The notes under the pieces were generated by a model that was not told the origin of the DNA, made no database searches, and saw only the letters and a program-made list of their open reading frames with translations. This document shows, one piece after another, positions 29,793 to 40,400 of a stretch of DNA of 64,000 nt. Positions within the stretch are counted from its first letter, which is position 1. Every line of letters begins with the position of its first letter. Source of the stretch: Candidatus Hodarchaeota archaeon (GTDB taxonomy: Archaea > Asgardarchaeota > Lokiarchaeia > Sigyniarchaeales > SOKP01); NCBI GenBank assembly GCA_048886685.1, contig JBHLKM010000018.1:36324-100323 (forward strand). Direction: 5' to 3'. The position numbers and the translations under genes are program-made.

Positions 29793-31742
29793 TTACATAA
29801 AAAATTGTAAATCTCTCATATAATAACCAATGATCCACTGAAGCAAATCAATTCCCTTATATGGTGTCCAAGCAGTCCAAGAATCTGAGGGGATAAAACC
29901 ATGGTCAATCATTAAATCAGGAAAAGGTCCGATATCATTCCCATTCCATTTAATATTTGCTGTGATTATTGTCCTTCCTTTAAAATCTTCTGTCTCAGGG
30001 ATTTTTATAGTAATTGGTAATTCCATAAACGTCTTTGGTTTGATATTAAATGACTCTTTTTTATACTCCGATTCCCACTTTTCTGGTAGGTTTAATTCAA
30101 TTTCTACAATAGAGTCTTTTTCAAGATAATTTCTTATAATTAAATTCGTTTGGCATGTATTACCTGGTTTGGAAATAATTCTAATTGGTTTAAAGCATAT
30201 CCAATTTGGATCAAATCCCATATTTGGGTCGTCTTGAGCCACTAGATCTCCAATAAGTGATTTATACGTTGAAACATGGTCTCTGTAGCTTTGTAATATT
30301 TGTTCATTTACCTTAAAAAAACCAAGATGGCTCGATGCGAGATATTCAGGTTTACAGTTTAATAAGATATCTGCACATTTGACTGACCCTAGATTATCAC
30401 CTAATTGACATAAATTAATACAATTATTATTTGTTTCAGGTCCATTTAGTAATAAAGGTTGCATACTATCCCCTACGAAAAATGCACTCTTTCCATCTAT
30501 TTTCGTAAATAAACCCATGTGATATTCCGTTTGACCAGGGAAATGGAATATTTGAAATTTATAATCATCCCAAGTAAAACATTCGCCATCCTTTAGTACT
30601 CTATCCACTTTAATTGGTGTATCTATTAGACACCCAATTCTATAGTGAGTAGGATTTTCCAAAACATCCACTAAATTTTCAAGAGCATATACTGGTATAT
30701 CATATTTTTGCTGTAAAAGAGGAATCCCTCCAATATGATCATCGTGGTAATGTGTGGGAATTACAAAATCAATTGTTTTTACATCATTTTCCTTTAAGAT
30801 TTTATTAAGTTGCTCATAATTGTACGCAAAGAATACACCATCTCCTGGAAAGTCAATAAGAATGCAATTCTGGTGATTTCCTAATAGAACAAAGGTAGTT
30901 CCAAATCCTTTGCGGATAACATGAGGAAATAAGCTTTTATCCTCGCTTTGTTCAAGTTGATTAACGAAATCCATAGCATTATTAATATCCATTGGTATAA
31001 TTTTGTTAAGGCGAAATGCTGAAGTTACACGGTCGAATTTCTTTTTTAAAATTTCAATATCCTTAGTTGGTTCTTTAATTATCTCCCCATGAGAAGGTAA
31101 TAAAACATCAGGATTATATTTGAGTAATTCTTCAAAAGAATTAAGTGAAAATCCTATTCCCATATTTCCCCCATCTCCAGTATAGCTGTATTCTAAATCA
31201 TAATAATTAATTATTTTTCCACCAGAATGAATTAAATCTCCTGTGAATGCTAATGTTCCAGTTTCATATTGTAATAAATAAGTAGCACTTCCTGAGGTAT
31301 GACCTCGAGTTTCAATAATCTTGAATTTATGAGAACCCCAAACAAAATCTTCTTTGTCCTTAAAAGTTCGATCTAAGGGGATATTGTAAGTAGAAACGAA
31401 AAAACTTGGTTTTAAGGAGTAGATATCATAATAAGATTTTTTCTTCCAGAATTCTTCTGCTTCTGTGAATAGTTTCTTCTCTCTGCTTGGTGCTGCAATC
31501 TTTATCTCTTGTTGTAGTGCGATATTATCTCCGAAACACTGATCTCGATGATAATGAGTATGGAATATGTAATCAACCTCATTGACATCTATATCTGAAA
31601 GGAAATTTAAGATTTTTCCTGATCCAAAATCGATTAATATTGCCATATTCCCGTCTCTTACTACATAAACATTGATAGAATCCTCAAATAAGAAGATATT
31701 CTCAAAGATTTCAATTAACTCCATAAATTCTATCCCTCTCAA
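29793..31742 (-). CDS. tandem metallo-beta-lactamase-fold hydrolase with C-terminal Ig-like domain
   Basis: Two MBL domains (THYHRDQ..GHT..TGD..PSHG and THYHDDH..GQT..VGD..SSH). Confidence 0.85.
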   Translation of the reverse strand: MRGIEFMELIEIFENIFLFEDSINVYVVRDGNMAILIDFGSGKILNFLSDIDVNEVDYIFHTHYHRDQCFGDNIALQQEIKIAAPSREKKLFTEAEEFWKKKSYYDIYSLKPSFFVSTYNIPLDRTFKDKEDFVWGSHKFKIIETRGHTSGSATYLLQYETGTLAFTGDLIHSGGKIINYYDLEYSYTGDGGNMGIGFSLNSFEELLKYNPDVLLPSHGEIIKEPTKDIEILKKKFDRVTSAFRLNKIIPMDINNAMDFVNQLEQSEDKSLFPHVIRKGFGTTFVLLGNHQNCILIDFPGDGVFFAYNYEQLNKILKENDVKTIDFVIPTHYHDDHIGGIPLLQQKYDIPVYALENLVDVLENPTHYRIGCLIDTPIKVDRVLKDGECFTWDDYKFQIFHFPGQTEYHMGLFTKIDGKSAFFVGDSMQPLLLNGPETNNNCINLCQLGDNLGSVKCADILLNCKPEYLASSHLGFFKVNEQILQSYRDHVSTYKSLIGDLVAQDDPNMGFDPNWICFKPIRIISKPGNTCQTNLIIRNYLEKDSIVEIELNLPEKWESEYKKESFNIKPKTFMELPITIKIPETEDFKGRTIITANIKWNGNDIGPFPDLMIDHGFIPSDSWTAWTPYKGIDLLQWIIGYYMRDLQFFM

Positions 31743-32025
31743 TTTTCAATATTATATATGATATGTACTTGGTATGTTTTATTATTAATGATGAAATTAA
31801 AAATTTCATCTCTTCTTCCCTATACATATTGGATGCTAATATATAAATTAAATCATGTTTAGAAAGCTCACTTCTTAAAAGCATTTTAATTGAAATAAAT
31901 TAGACTCCTCGCGTTGCTAAGAGTATTCAAAAATCGGTCTACAATAATTATAAATAGTCGTATTTACTCCTTGATCTTAAGGTAAAAGGAAGTATAATTA
32001 GGTTGTTAAGGGTAAAGGTGTTTAA

Positions 32026-32280
32026 ATGACAGTTAGTCTCAAATATCATGAAATTTTGGAAGAAGATTTAGTGTTAGAATTAGAATGGTTAGAGGAAGAA
32101 TTCGAAATCTTATTTGATTCCAAAATTGAAGAACACACTGCGATGGACAAGAAATTTGCTAATGATATTTTAGATTATATACTCGAAAATACCGATGTAG
32201 ATGGTAATATTAGATTATTAGATCTGTTGAATGAGGTTTTAGAAAAAATTGAGAACAGATATTCTCCATTATTTAATTGA
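32026..32280 (+). CDS. small acidic hypothetical protein
   Basis: 84-aa ORF preceded by AAGGTG; helical and E/D/L-rich. Confidence 0.65.
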   Translation: MTVSLKYHEILEEDLVLELEWLEEEFEILFDSKIEEHTAMDKKFANDILDYILENTDVDGNIRLLDLLNEVLEKIENRYSPLFN

Positions 32281-32492
32281 AATTAATATTCATTTAATAA
32301 ATTCTTATCCTAATTGATTTTTTCCTCAAGAAAGTCTCTATTTAATATATATTATTAGATTTATCGCTTTTTTATAATAGCAATATTTAGAAATTTCATA
32401 GATCATTTTTCATTTTTCGATTTGATTAAATATATATTACCTATCTTTATTAATTATTTAGTCCAAATAATGCGTATCACGAGGATTGAATT

Positions 32493-33437
32493 ATGGAGAT
32501 ACAAGGAGAAGATAACTCTGATGTTCGGAAAGTAATTTTTGTTGGTTTGGATAATGCAGGAAAGAGTTCTATAATTCTATCACTTCTTAGAGAAATTTCA
32601 AAATTTGCTGTGATAAAACCAACTAAAAATGTCGAGAGAAGAACATTTGAATTTCTAGGAATGAATGTTTCGGAGTGGGACTTAGGGGGACACGAAAGAT
32701 ATCGTAAACTCTATTTAGAAAAAGCTCAATTGATTTTTCGGGGAACAGATATTTTGATATTTGTTGTTGATATTCAAGATAATGATAGAATTGTAGAATC
32801 CTATATATATTTAAAAGATATAATAGATAAATTAATTGAAATGAATTTAAATCCCCCAATCTATGTTTTTATTCATAAGAATGATCCAGATTTTACTAAA
32901 AGTGTTCAAATTAAAACAAATGAGACAAAATCTTATTTAAAAAATAAAATTGAGGATATTCAAAATTATAATAAATTTTCTTTCTATGAAACTACTGTTT
33001 TTGAACCACATTCTATTATAAATGCCATGTCTGAAATTCTTCTAGATTTGTATCCAAAGTCTAAAGTAATTGAAATAGCAATTCAAGAATTTTTAAATAA
33101 AAATAGTGTTGATGGTATGATTTTAATGGATGATAACTCATTGATCATTGGATCATACTATAAGACTGAGGTTATTAAAGAAATATTGTATTCTTTATCA
33201 CCATATTTCTTAAGACTAAACGATGCATTTGAAGAATATGTTAATATGGATGATCATGTTGAAAATCAAATGATAGTTGAAAAGCTCGAGAAAAATTTTC
33301 TTTTCAAACAATTTAAACTTATAGAAGATAAAATACGATTCTACATTCTATTGTGTACAGATGAGCCGTTTTTAAATAAATTCGAATTTAACGCCTTATT
33401 AAATTTATTAAAAGAAATAATTTCTTATGAGGTCTAA
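32493..33437 (+). CDS. Rag/Gtr-like small GTPase with C-terminal roadblock/longin-like domain
   Basis: GLDNAGKS, WDLGG, Rag-type G4 HKND, ETTVF; C-terminal GMILMDDNSLIIG. Confidence 0.85.
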   Translation: MEIQGEDNSDVRKVIFVGLDNAGKSSIILSLLREISKFAVIKPTKNVERRTFEFLGMNVSEWDLGGHERYRKLYLEKAQLIFRGTDILIFVVDIQDNDRIVESYIYLKDIIDKLIEMNLNPPIYVFIHKNDPDFTKSVQIKTNETKSYLKNKIEDIQNYNKFSFYETTVFEPHSIINAMSEILLDLYPKSKVIEIAIQEFLNKNSVDGMILMDDNSLIIGSYYKTEVIKEILYSLSPYFLRLNDAFEEYVNMDDHVENQMIVEKLEKNFLFKQFKLIEDKIRFYILLCTDEPFLNKFEFNALLNLLKEIISYEV

Positions 33438-33548
33438 ATAAACTGGGAGTTTAATAAAATTATTTCAAATTATAGACCTAATTTATATTGATAAAATATC
33501 ATTTATCCATTAGAAAAAAATAGATTAAATAAACACTAGTGAAAGCAT

Positions 33549-36383
33549 TTGAAAATTATAATATTAAGCCATTTTAATCCAAGATTTGGCCCTAAAATCC
33601 TATTGAAAGCACCAGAATCATTAAAAGAAAATGATTTTGATTCTCTTCCTGCTTTAATGGACCTTTATAATGAGGGATTTTTCATTCACACTTTTGGAAA
33701 TTATAAGAGTGCTAATTATATTTTTAATATTTTTAGCAAAAAGGCAAGGGGCATGACAGAAATGCTACTTATTTCCATCGTATTCGACGTTAATAATAAT
33801 ATTAATTATAATTTATCAAAAGAACTGCTTGAAGGATTTGTAAGAGAGTTTGAAAATATTGAAGGTGTTTATAAAGCTTTTCATAGTAATCAATATGAAG
33901 ATGCTATGGAAAAATTAGATAAGGTCAAAGAATTATTTTTCACCTTCTATAATTCAATTCCCGAAGAAAGCATTATGTATAAACATAAAGATGCAAAAAT
34001 CCTCGTGTTTGGGCTTTCTTATGCTGGAAAGACGACCTTGATAAATTGTTTAAAAGAGGATATGAATAAAAAAACACTTCCGACTACATACATAGATGTT
34101 TCGAGGATTGTAATAAATAAAGTATCATTGTTTACTTATGATACACCTGGACAAATAAAATTTAGGAATTTATGGAAACCTTATTTAAAAAATCAAGATG
34201 GTTTAGTTTTCGTACTTGATATTGCAGACAAAGAACAATTTAGTGCTGCTCGAGAGATATTGCATAATGTTGTAGATTTACCAGATATGGAAGGCTTACC
34301 ATTACTTATTCTTTTTAATAAAATTGATTTAGAAGAGCCTAATATTGAAGCACTCAAGAAAGAGATGAAATTTGACAATTTTACTAATAGACCAATTCAG
34401 TGTTATTTAACCTGTGGCCTTACCGGTGAAAATATTAATAACGCCTTCCAATGGATTTCAGAAAAACTCTCAGAAAAAATTTCTCCTACTCCAAAAAGCG
34501 AATTGGGCCTACTTTTTTCAAAATGGAATGAAGATGAAGGTGTAAAAATAGTAGCAAATTATCCTGTTGATGCATTTGATGATCCTGAAGTCATTGCGAT
34601 CCGCTGCTTCTCGATTTCTCAATTTATCTTTGGAGGAGAGAATTTTAAAAGAACTTCTGTGATCTTACCCTTCACACATCTTAAACTAAAGGCAGCAATT
34701 TATTTTGATATTATTTCGGATGAATCAATAAGAGGTGGAGCACTACCTCTTTCACTAGTAATATTTTATGATGAGAATATTCCCAGAGCAATTATAGAAC
34801 GATTTAATAGTTTTATTTTTGACAAATTTACTCAAATTAAAGAATTATACACAGATAAATCTCAAGTTTTAATTGAACTCAGAAAAATATATGATACTAT
34901 TTTAAAAAAGTTAAGATCTGTCGAACCAACAATACAAGCATTAAGAATAGCAGAAATGCGTTATCAAGCATTATTCATGGCTGCTCGAGATGCAATTCTC
35001 ATTATTGATCGTAAGTCGGGAATAATTGTCGATGCAAATAAACAAGCAGAAGAAATACTTCAACGACCTTCAGAAATTCTTATTGGAATGCATTCTACTC
35101 AATTTAAATTGGAGGGAGAACAAACAGATTTCAAACAAATTATATTTAAACAGATTGAATTGGAGAACCCTCGATTAATTGAAATTCAAATTAAGAATCC
35201 AAACAATAGTAGTATACCCGTGGAAATAAATGCAAGCGAGATCCAAATGGGTGGTCAAAATTTAATTCAATGCATTCTACGTGATATTACTGAACGTAAA
35301 ATTGCAGAAAAGAGGTTAATTAATTCTGAAAATAAATATCGTCATCTATTCACAAATTCTCCTTTTTCTATAATATTAATTGATTCGAATGGAATTGTTG
35401 TAGATTGTAACCCTATGATAAAACAGTTGCTAGGATATAGTAACGAGGAATTGATTGGTAAAAGGTATGACAAACTTCCATTTATTCATCCAGAATATTT
35501 GAAGTCAATATTAGAGAGTTTAAAAAGGCTAATTAAAGGTGAACCAATAACTATTTTAGATGTTCAATTGAAGACAAAGGACGGAGGTTTAATATGGGTA
35601 AATATTCAAATATCTGTAGTTATAATTGATCAAGAAATTTATATTCAAATAATCGCCAACAACATTACTAACCAGAAAGAAGCCGAAGAAGCTTTACGAG
35701 AGAGTGAAACACAATTTCATAAAGCTTTAGATCGAGCCAATTTTTATAAAGAATTATTTGCTCACGACGTAGACAATATTTTTAAAAAAATACAAAACTC
35801 TATCACAAGTTACAAACTAACTCAAAAATCTACAAAAAAACCAATTGCATTGAATGGTATCTTAGAAGCTATTAAAGATCAAAGCCAAAGTGGGATAAAG
35901 TTAGTATCAAATATACGAAAATTATCCCAAATTGAAGATACGCCTCTGTCTTTAGTAAAGATTGAATTAAATTTGGTTTTACAGAAAGCCATAGAAAATA
36001 TATACGAAATTTTTCAAGACAAAAAAATTGATATTAAAGTATACCCTCCAAATAAAAAACATTATATTAACGCAAATGAGATTTTAGTAGATGTATTCGA
36101 AAATATTTTGATACATATTATTGAATATAACGAAAATACAAATGTAGATATTCAAATTCTGATATATCGCCAATTCAAAGAAGAAACTAATTATTTAAAA
36201 ATTGAATTTGTCGATAAGGCTGTTGGATCTTCATTGGGTAAAAATGAAAAGGAAAATAGCTACAAAGATTCCAGGAGCATGCTTTTAGGGCTATCTTTTG
36301 TTGATCAAATAATAAATAGTATAAATGGAGAAATGTGGGTTACAGGATCGAATTTCGTTATTATAATTCCAGAAATAATTTAA
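33549..36383 (+). CDS. multidomain signalling protein: longin/uDENN - Arf-like GTPase - longin - PAS - PAS - degenerate histidine kinase
   Basis: SHFNPRFGPKI; GLSYAGKTT/DTPGQ/NKID; WNEDEGVKIVANYP; two PAS-PAC (DAILIID..DAN...RDITERK; FSIILID..DCN...NITNQK); FAHDVDN and a degenerate HATPase. Confidence 0.85.
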   Translation: MKIIILSHFNPRFGPKILLKAPESLKENDFDSLPALMDLYNEGFFIHTFGNYKSANYIFNIFSKKARGMTEMLLISIVFDVNNNINYNLSKELLEGFVREFENIEGVYKAFHSNQYEDAMEKLDKVKELFFTFYNSIPEESIMYKHKDAKILVFGLSYAGKTTLINCLKEDMNKKTLPTTYIDVSRIVINKVSLFTYDTPGQIKFRNLWKPYLKNQDGLVFVLDIADKEQFSAAREILHNVVDLPDMEGLPLLILFNKIDLEEPNIEALKKEMKFDNFTNRPIQCYLTCGLTGENINNAFQWISEKLSEKISPTPKSELGLLFSKWNEDEGVKIVANYPVDAFDDPEVIAIRCFSISQFIFGGENFKRTSVILPFTHLKLKAAIYFDIISDESIRGGALPLSLVIFYDENIPRAIIERFNSFIFDKFTQIKELYTDKSQVLIELRKIYDTILKKLRSVEPTIQALRIAEMRYQALFMAARDAILIIDRKSGIIVDANKQAEEILQRPSEILIGMHSTQFKLEGEQTDFKQIIFKQIELENPRLIEIQIKNPNNSSIPVEINASEIQMGGQNLIQCILRDITERKIAEKRLINSENKYRHLFTNSPFSIILIDSNGIVVDCNPMIKQLLGYSNEELIGKRYDKLPFIHPEYLKSILESLKRLIKGEPITILDVQLKTKDGGLIWVNIQISVVIIDQEIYIQIIANNITNQKEAEEALRESETQFHKALDRANFYKELFAHDVDNIFKKIQNSITSYKLTQKSTKKPIALNGILEAIKDQSQSGIKLVSNIRKLSQIEDTPLSLVKIELNLVLQKAIENIYEIFQDKKIDIKVYPPNKKHYINANEILVDVFENILIHIIEYNENTNVDIQILIYRQFKEETNYLKIEFVDKAVGSSLGKNEKENSYKDSRSMLLGLSFVDQIINSINGEMWVTGSNFVIIIPEII

Positions 36384-36387
36384 ATTT

Positions 36388-37524
36388 TTAAGGGATAAGC
36401 CTTCTCCTGATATACTTTATTAACTCTTCAGCTTTATTGTAATAATCTTCATCATTTTTAGACATTACAGATAATTTCTTCAATTTTTTTGTAATTTCTG
36501 GTGAAAATTCTCCATATTGGCTACTATAGGCTTCTGTCCGTCTTTTTAGACTGAATTCGATTTTCTGCTCTGGAGTTAGACTTAAATAATTATCTATGGA
36601 TCTCAAAATCTTCTTTTTCTCAATGGGTAGGTTTCCCCAAATTTCAAGTAATAAATTGGCAGCAGAATCACTAGTAATAGTCGTATTACATTCAATATTC
36701 TCTACGAGAATTTTTTCTTCCTTAACTACATCTTCTTCATTTAATTCTTCAAAAAGTCCAGATTCTTTTTTACCATATAAGATTGTGTTAGGAAAGATTT
36801 CTAATGTTCTAAGCCTTACGAACTCAGGCTCAATTTCATTAATCACTTTTGCAGTCTCAAGAGCGTGTTCTTTACTCCACTTTTTGCCTCCTAATCCCGG
36901 CATAACATATGTACAGAGCGAAATTCCTCCATCCTTAATGCTTTTTCCTCCAATTATATGCTCTTTACTAATTGCGCCTTTATTCATAAATTCTAGTACA
37001 TTATCCGAACCTGATTCTAATCCAACATGAATTCTATCCAGTCCCGCATCATGAAGTCTTCTGAAATATTCACAACCTTTTTTTGCCGCTGTTCTTGTTC
37101 GACCATAACTAGTTATTCTATTTATCGTTGGAATTATTTGTTTCCAATAAATAAGGATATGTTCTAAAAAATCGCATTTATAAAGAAGTGGATTTGCCCC
37201 ACCCAAGAACGCAGTAGATGCATTCGCATATAAATGCCAATAGATTAAGTGATTAATGCATTGATTCAATTTTGGGAACTTTGTAAATGTATCCAATATT
37301 TTAGCTTTATCCAAGTATCCAGAACTAAATAAATATTCATTCAATGCAGCAGCATTATCAATATCTTTTTTAATTTCTTGCAATAATCTTCTCTTAAAGT
37401 TTCTTGAACTAGTTTCGCTACCACAGAATGCACATTTACCCCAAGGACAAGAAAAATGTGTGCTAATCGAAAGACTAAAATTTTCTGTAGGAGGTCTTAC
37501 AGTAGCAATTTGAAATTCTTGCAT
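36388..37524 (-). CDS. radical SAM protein
   Basis: IATVRPP, CPWGKCAFC, AFLGGAN, GLDRIHVGLESG, YVMPGLGG. Confidence 0.9.
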   Translation of the reverse strand: MQEFQIATVRPPTENFSLSISTHFSCPWGKCAFCGSETSSRNFKRRLLQEIKKDIDNAAALNEYLFSSGYLDKAKILDTFTKFPKLNQCINHLIYWHLYANASTAFLGGANPLLYKCDFLEHILIYWKQIIPTINRITSYGRTRTAAKKGCEYFRRLHDAGLDRIHVGLESGSDNVLEFMNKGAISKEHIIGGKSIKDGGISLCTYVMPGLGGKKWSKEHALETAKVINEIEPEFVRLRTLEIFPNTILYGKKESGLFEELNEEDVVKEEKILVENIECNTTITSDSAANLLLEIWGNLPIEKKKILRSIDNYLSLTPEQKIEFSLKRRTEAYSSQYGEFSPEITKKLKKLSVMSKNDEDYYNKAEELIKYIRRRLIP

Positions 37525-37620
37525 AATAAATTCTATTATTATAGATATTATAACATTTTTGATACATTTCTGCTAGAGTTCTTCTTCTTAATAATCCTTA
37601 ATTGTATCAAGCTAGTAGTT

Positions 37621-38025
37621 TTATTTCACTATTAAAACATCACATAACACGTTATTCATGACTTGTGTTGGGATAGAACCTATTAATCTACGCTTTAGAA
37701 TTCCATGTTTTCCACTATAACCGAGAACTACGAGATTGATGTTCTCTTTCTCAACAATATTTTTGATGTAATCTTCTGGTTCTACATCGACTATTAATCT
37801 CGTTTCGATTGAAAGACTCGCTTCTTTAAATAACTTTTCAATCTCAGTGAAAACTTTTTTACCATGTTCTTCAACATCCTTCGCATCTGAATCAGATTTG
37901 CGATGCAATATTGAGTGAAATGCTATTATTTTACCTTCATAATCCTTTTGAATTTCAATCACACGTTTAGCAGCTTTTAATGATCCTTCTGATTCATCTA
38001 TTCCAATTAAGATTTTATCAAAAAT
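37621..38025 (-). CDS. universal stress protein (UspA family); start extended to ATT 38025
   Basis: In-frame upstream FDKILIGIDESEGSLKAA (USP beta1/alpha1); LVVLGYSG...LIGSIP..V...VLCDVLIVK. Confidence 0.85.
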   Translation of the reverse strand: MFDKILIGIDESEGSLKAAKRVIEIQKDYEGKIIAFHSILHRKSDSDAKDVEEHGKKVFTEIEKLFKEASLSIETRLIVDVEPEDYIKNIVEKENINLVVLGYSGKHGILKRRLIGSIPTQVMNNVLCDVLIVK

Positions 38026-38260
38026 AGGTTTTTCACCTTTTGATATTTACATTTATTATCTATATTAAAAACCTAGAATAGTAGATAAAGATGATTATAA
38101 AAAATTATAAATTACTAATTATTAATTAGCTTTTTTGTAGGGTTAAGTTTGAATAAAACCAAAAGAAACATACCATCTTTAAATTATAAATTAAAGAAAG
38201 TAAATTTAAAAACAAAAAGCTGTTAACTTTTTATTAAGCAATAATCGGGAGATTATTTAC

Positions 38261-38782
38261 ATGTATAAAAAGATTTTATTATCTACAGATGGTTCTAAGC
38301 ATATTAATCGAGCAGCTGCAATTATTATTGGATTTTATAATAAGTGGGGTAGTGAAATTGTTATATTCCATTCAATTAAACATATGTTAGAAAAAGTTTC
38401 TCCTCCTTCTCATGGATGGTCTATCCCTTATGCTTCTGATGTATATTTTACTGGATCTACTTCTACTAGTCCCTTGTTGATAAAGGGAGCGAAATATCCT
38501 AATATTGAAAGAATAAGTGAAGCTGAGGTTTTACAAATAGGTGAACGTATATTGGAGGACAAAAAAGCAATATTTGAAGAAGTCCAAATACCAGTCAAAA
38601 CTCATTTGATCACAAAAGAGTATCCTGAAGAATATATCGAAAGAATGGTTAAAAAGAAGAAATTCGATCTTGTGGTTGTGGGTATTAAAGGAATTCATTC
38701 CAAGATAAGCCAGATATTTTTAGGATCTGTTGCAGAAACTGTCGTGAAAAACGCATCAAGCGATGTTCTGATAATTAGGTAA
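38261..38782 (+). CDS. universal stress protein (UspA family)
   Basis: MYKKILLSTDGS, DLVVVGIKG, FLGSVAETVVKNASSDVLIIR. Confidence 0.9.
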   Translation: MYKKILLSTDGSKHINRAAAIIIGFYNKWGSEIVIFHSIKHMLEKVSPPSHGWSIPYASDVYFTGSTSTSPLLIKGAKYPNIERISEAEVLQIGERILEDKKAIFEEVQIPVKTHLITKEYPEEYIERMVKKKKFDLVVVGIKGIHSKISQIFLGSVAETVVKNASSDVLIIR

Positions 38783-38791
38783 AAACAGAAT

Positions 38792-40381
38792 TTATCTTCT
38801 CCTAAGGTATTCAATATTTATATCTTGAAAACAAGAGTCAATTGACTCAAATTCTCCTAACTCATTCAATTCAATTTTATTTGTATTGTTGAAATTTTTC
38901 GCTGCCCACAACAACTTAAGAAATCTTTGATGGTGATGATGAAAACGTTGATTGGCGTATTCTTTTGCCTGTTCAGTATAAAGAAGAAAAGGCCAATCAC
39001 TTCCTTCCATTAATAATAATTCTCTGGCCATTTGTTTTAGGATCCTTAATTGCGGATCATCAGGAGTTGGATTGTAATTTAAAATTTCTTCAAATTCTCT
39101 TATAGAACCATTTATATATGGCCATATCCAACCATGGTCAGGGTTTTTCCAAACCCGAAAATCCCCTCCTTCACCCCAACTGCTCTCTTTCATTCTAATT
39201 ATAGAGAACTTTTCATCATAGTGAGTAACATAATCAGAAATAGTAATCATTTCAACACTTTCATTAACATTAATCAATTCAAAAACTCTACTCAACCAAT
39301 CAATTCCTTCCGCATACCAATGACCGAATAATTCAAAATCAAATGGGGAAATTACTATTCCTTTCTCATTATACTTATCTGAAAAGGTTTTAACCTCAGA
39401 TTCTAAAATATTCATAAAATGGTATGCTTGAGATTCAATTACTTCTTTTGCTTTAGCAATATTATAGAGTTGCTTATTATTAGCACCAATATCTTTGCCA
39501 GTAATTCTCCAATAGTGCAAACCAGACTCAATATCTTTTTTATGAAATTCTCTGTAATATTCATTGCCAGGATAGCCAATTTTAGCATCCCATACTTGCC
39601 TACTTGTGCTTTTGTTTCGCCCGAAAACTGAAACGCCAGTTTCTAAATTATAACCAAAATTTGTAGTTAAACCAATATTATTTTTCTGTTCAGTAATTTC
39701 TGCATCAAGGATGCCATGAGAATCAACAAAAAAATATTTTATACCAGAATTATTCAACCAGTAATCAATACTCTCTCTAATCTTACCTTTCCTATATTCT
39801 CTGGGTCTGTAAGCACATTCAGGAAGCCAAAAACCCTTAGGATCTCTACCAAAATACTTTTTATGAGTATCTACAGCTAATTGGATTTGAGAAAATATCC
39901 CAGAATCACTTTCAAAAAGTGGTAAAAGACCATGTGTTACTCCACATGTTATCAATTCAATCATACCTTCATCTTGGAGCCACTTGAAGCTTCCTAAAAT
40001 ATCTCGATAGAAATTATGATAAAATGTATCTAGTACGTATTTAAAATTGCTCAAATGAAAATCTGCTATTGCTCTTCTTTGGGGATCGTTTTCAAATCGT
40101 TTAATGTCATTTTGCGCTCGTGAAATCAGGTTTTCCATATATTCTGAAAATTGCTGTTTCATATATTCATCTGCTAATTGTTCGGCCAATATTGGAGTAA
40201 TATTAATAGTTATTGCCGTTTTTATTCCTCTCTCTTTTAATTCTCTCAAAACATTTAATAAAGGAATATATGTCTCATTCATAGCTTCAAATAGCCATTC
40301 CTCTCCCGCAGGCCATCTTCCCGATTTTTTACACCATGGCATATGCCCATGAAGTATTAAACCAAAATATCCTAGTGTCAT
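38792..40381 (-). CDS. GH57 1,4-alpha-glucan branching enzyme (DUF1957), second paralogue
   Basis: LILHGHMPW, ETYIPL, THGLLPL, FWLPECAY, PFDFELFGHWYAEG, LLLMEGSDWPF. Confidence 0.92.
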   Translation of the reverse strand: MTLGYFGLILHGHMPWCKKSGRWPAGEEWLFEAMNETYIPLLNVLRELKERGIKTAITINITPILAEQLADEYMKQQFSEYMENLISRAQNDIKRFENDPQRRAIADFHLSNFKYVLDTFYHNFYRDILGSFKWLQDEGMIELITCGVTHGLLPLFESDSGIFSQIQLAVDTHKKYFGRDPKGFWLPECAYRPREYRKGKIRESIDYWLNNSGIKYFFVDSHGILDAEITEQKNNIGLTTNFGYNLETGVSVFGRNKSTSRQVWDAKIGYPGNEYYREFHKKDIESGLHYWRITGKDIGANNKQLYNIAKAKEVIESQAYHFMNILESEVKTFSDKYNEKGIVISPFDFELFGHWYAEGIDWLSRVFELINVNESVEMITISDYVTHYDEKFSIIRMKESSWGEGGDFRVWKNPDHGWIWPYINGSIREFEEILNYNPTPDDPQLRILKQMARELLLMEGSDWPFLLYTEQAKEYANQRFHHHHQRFLKLLWAAKNFNNTNKIELNELGEFESIDSCFQDINIEYLRRR

Positions 40382-40400
40382 AATTAAAAATGGATCATTT

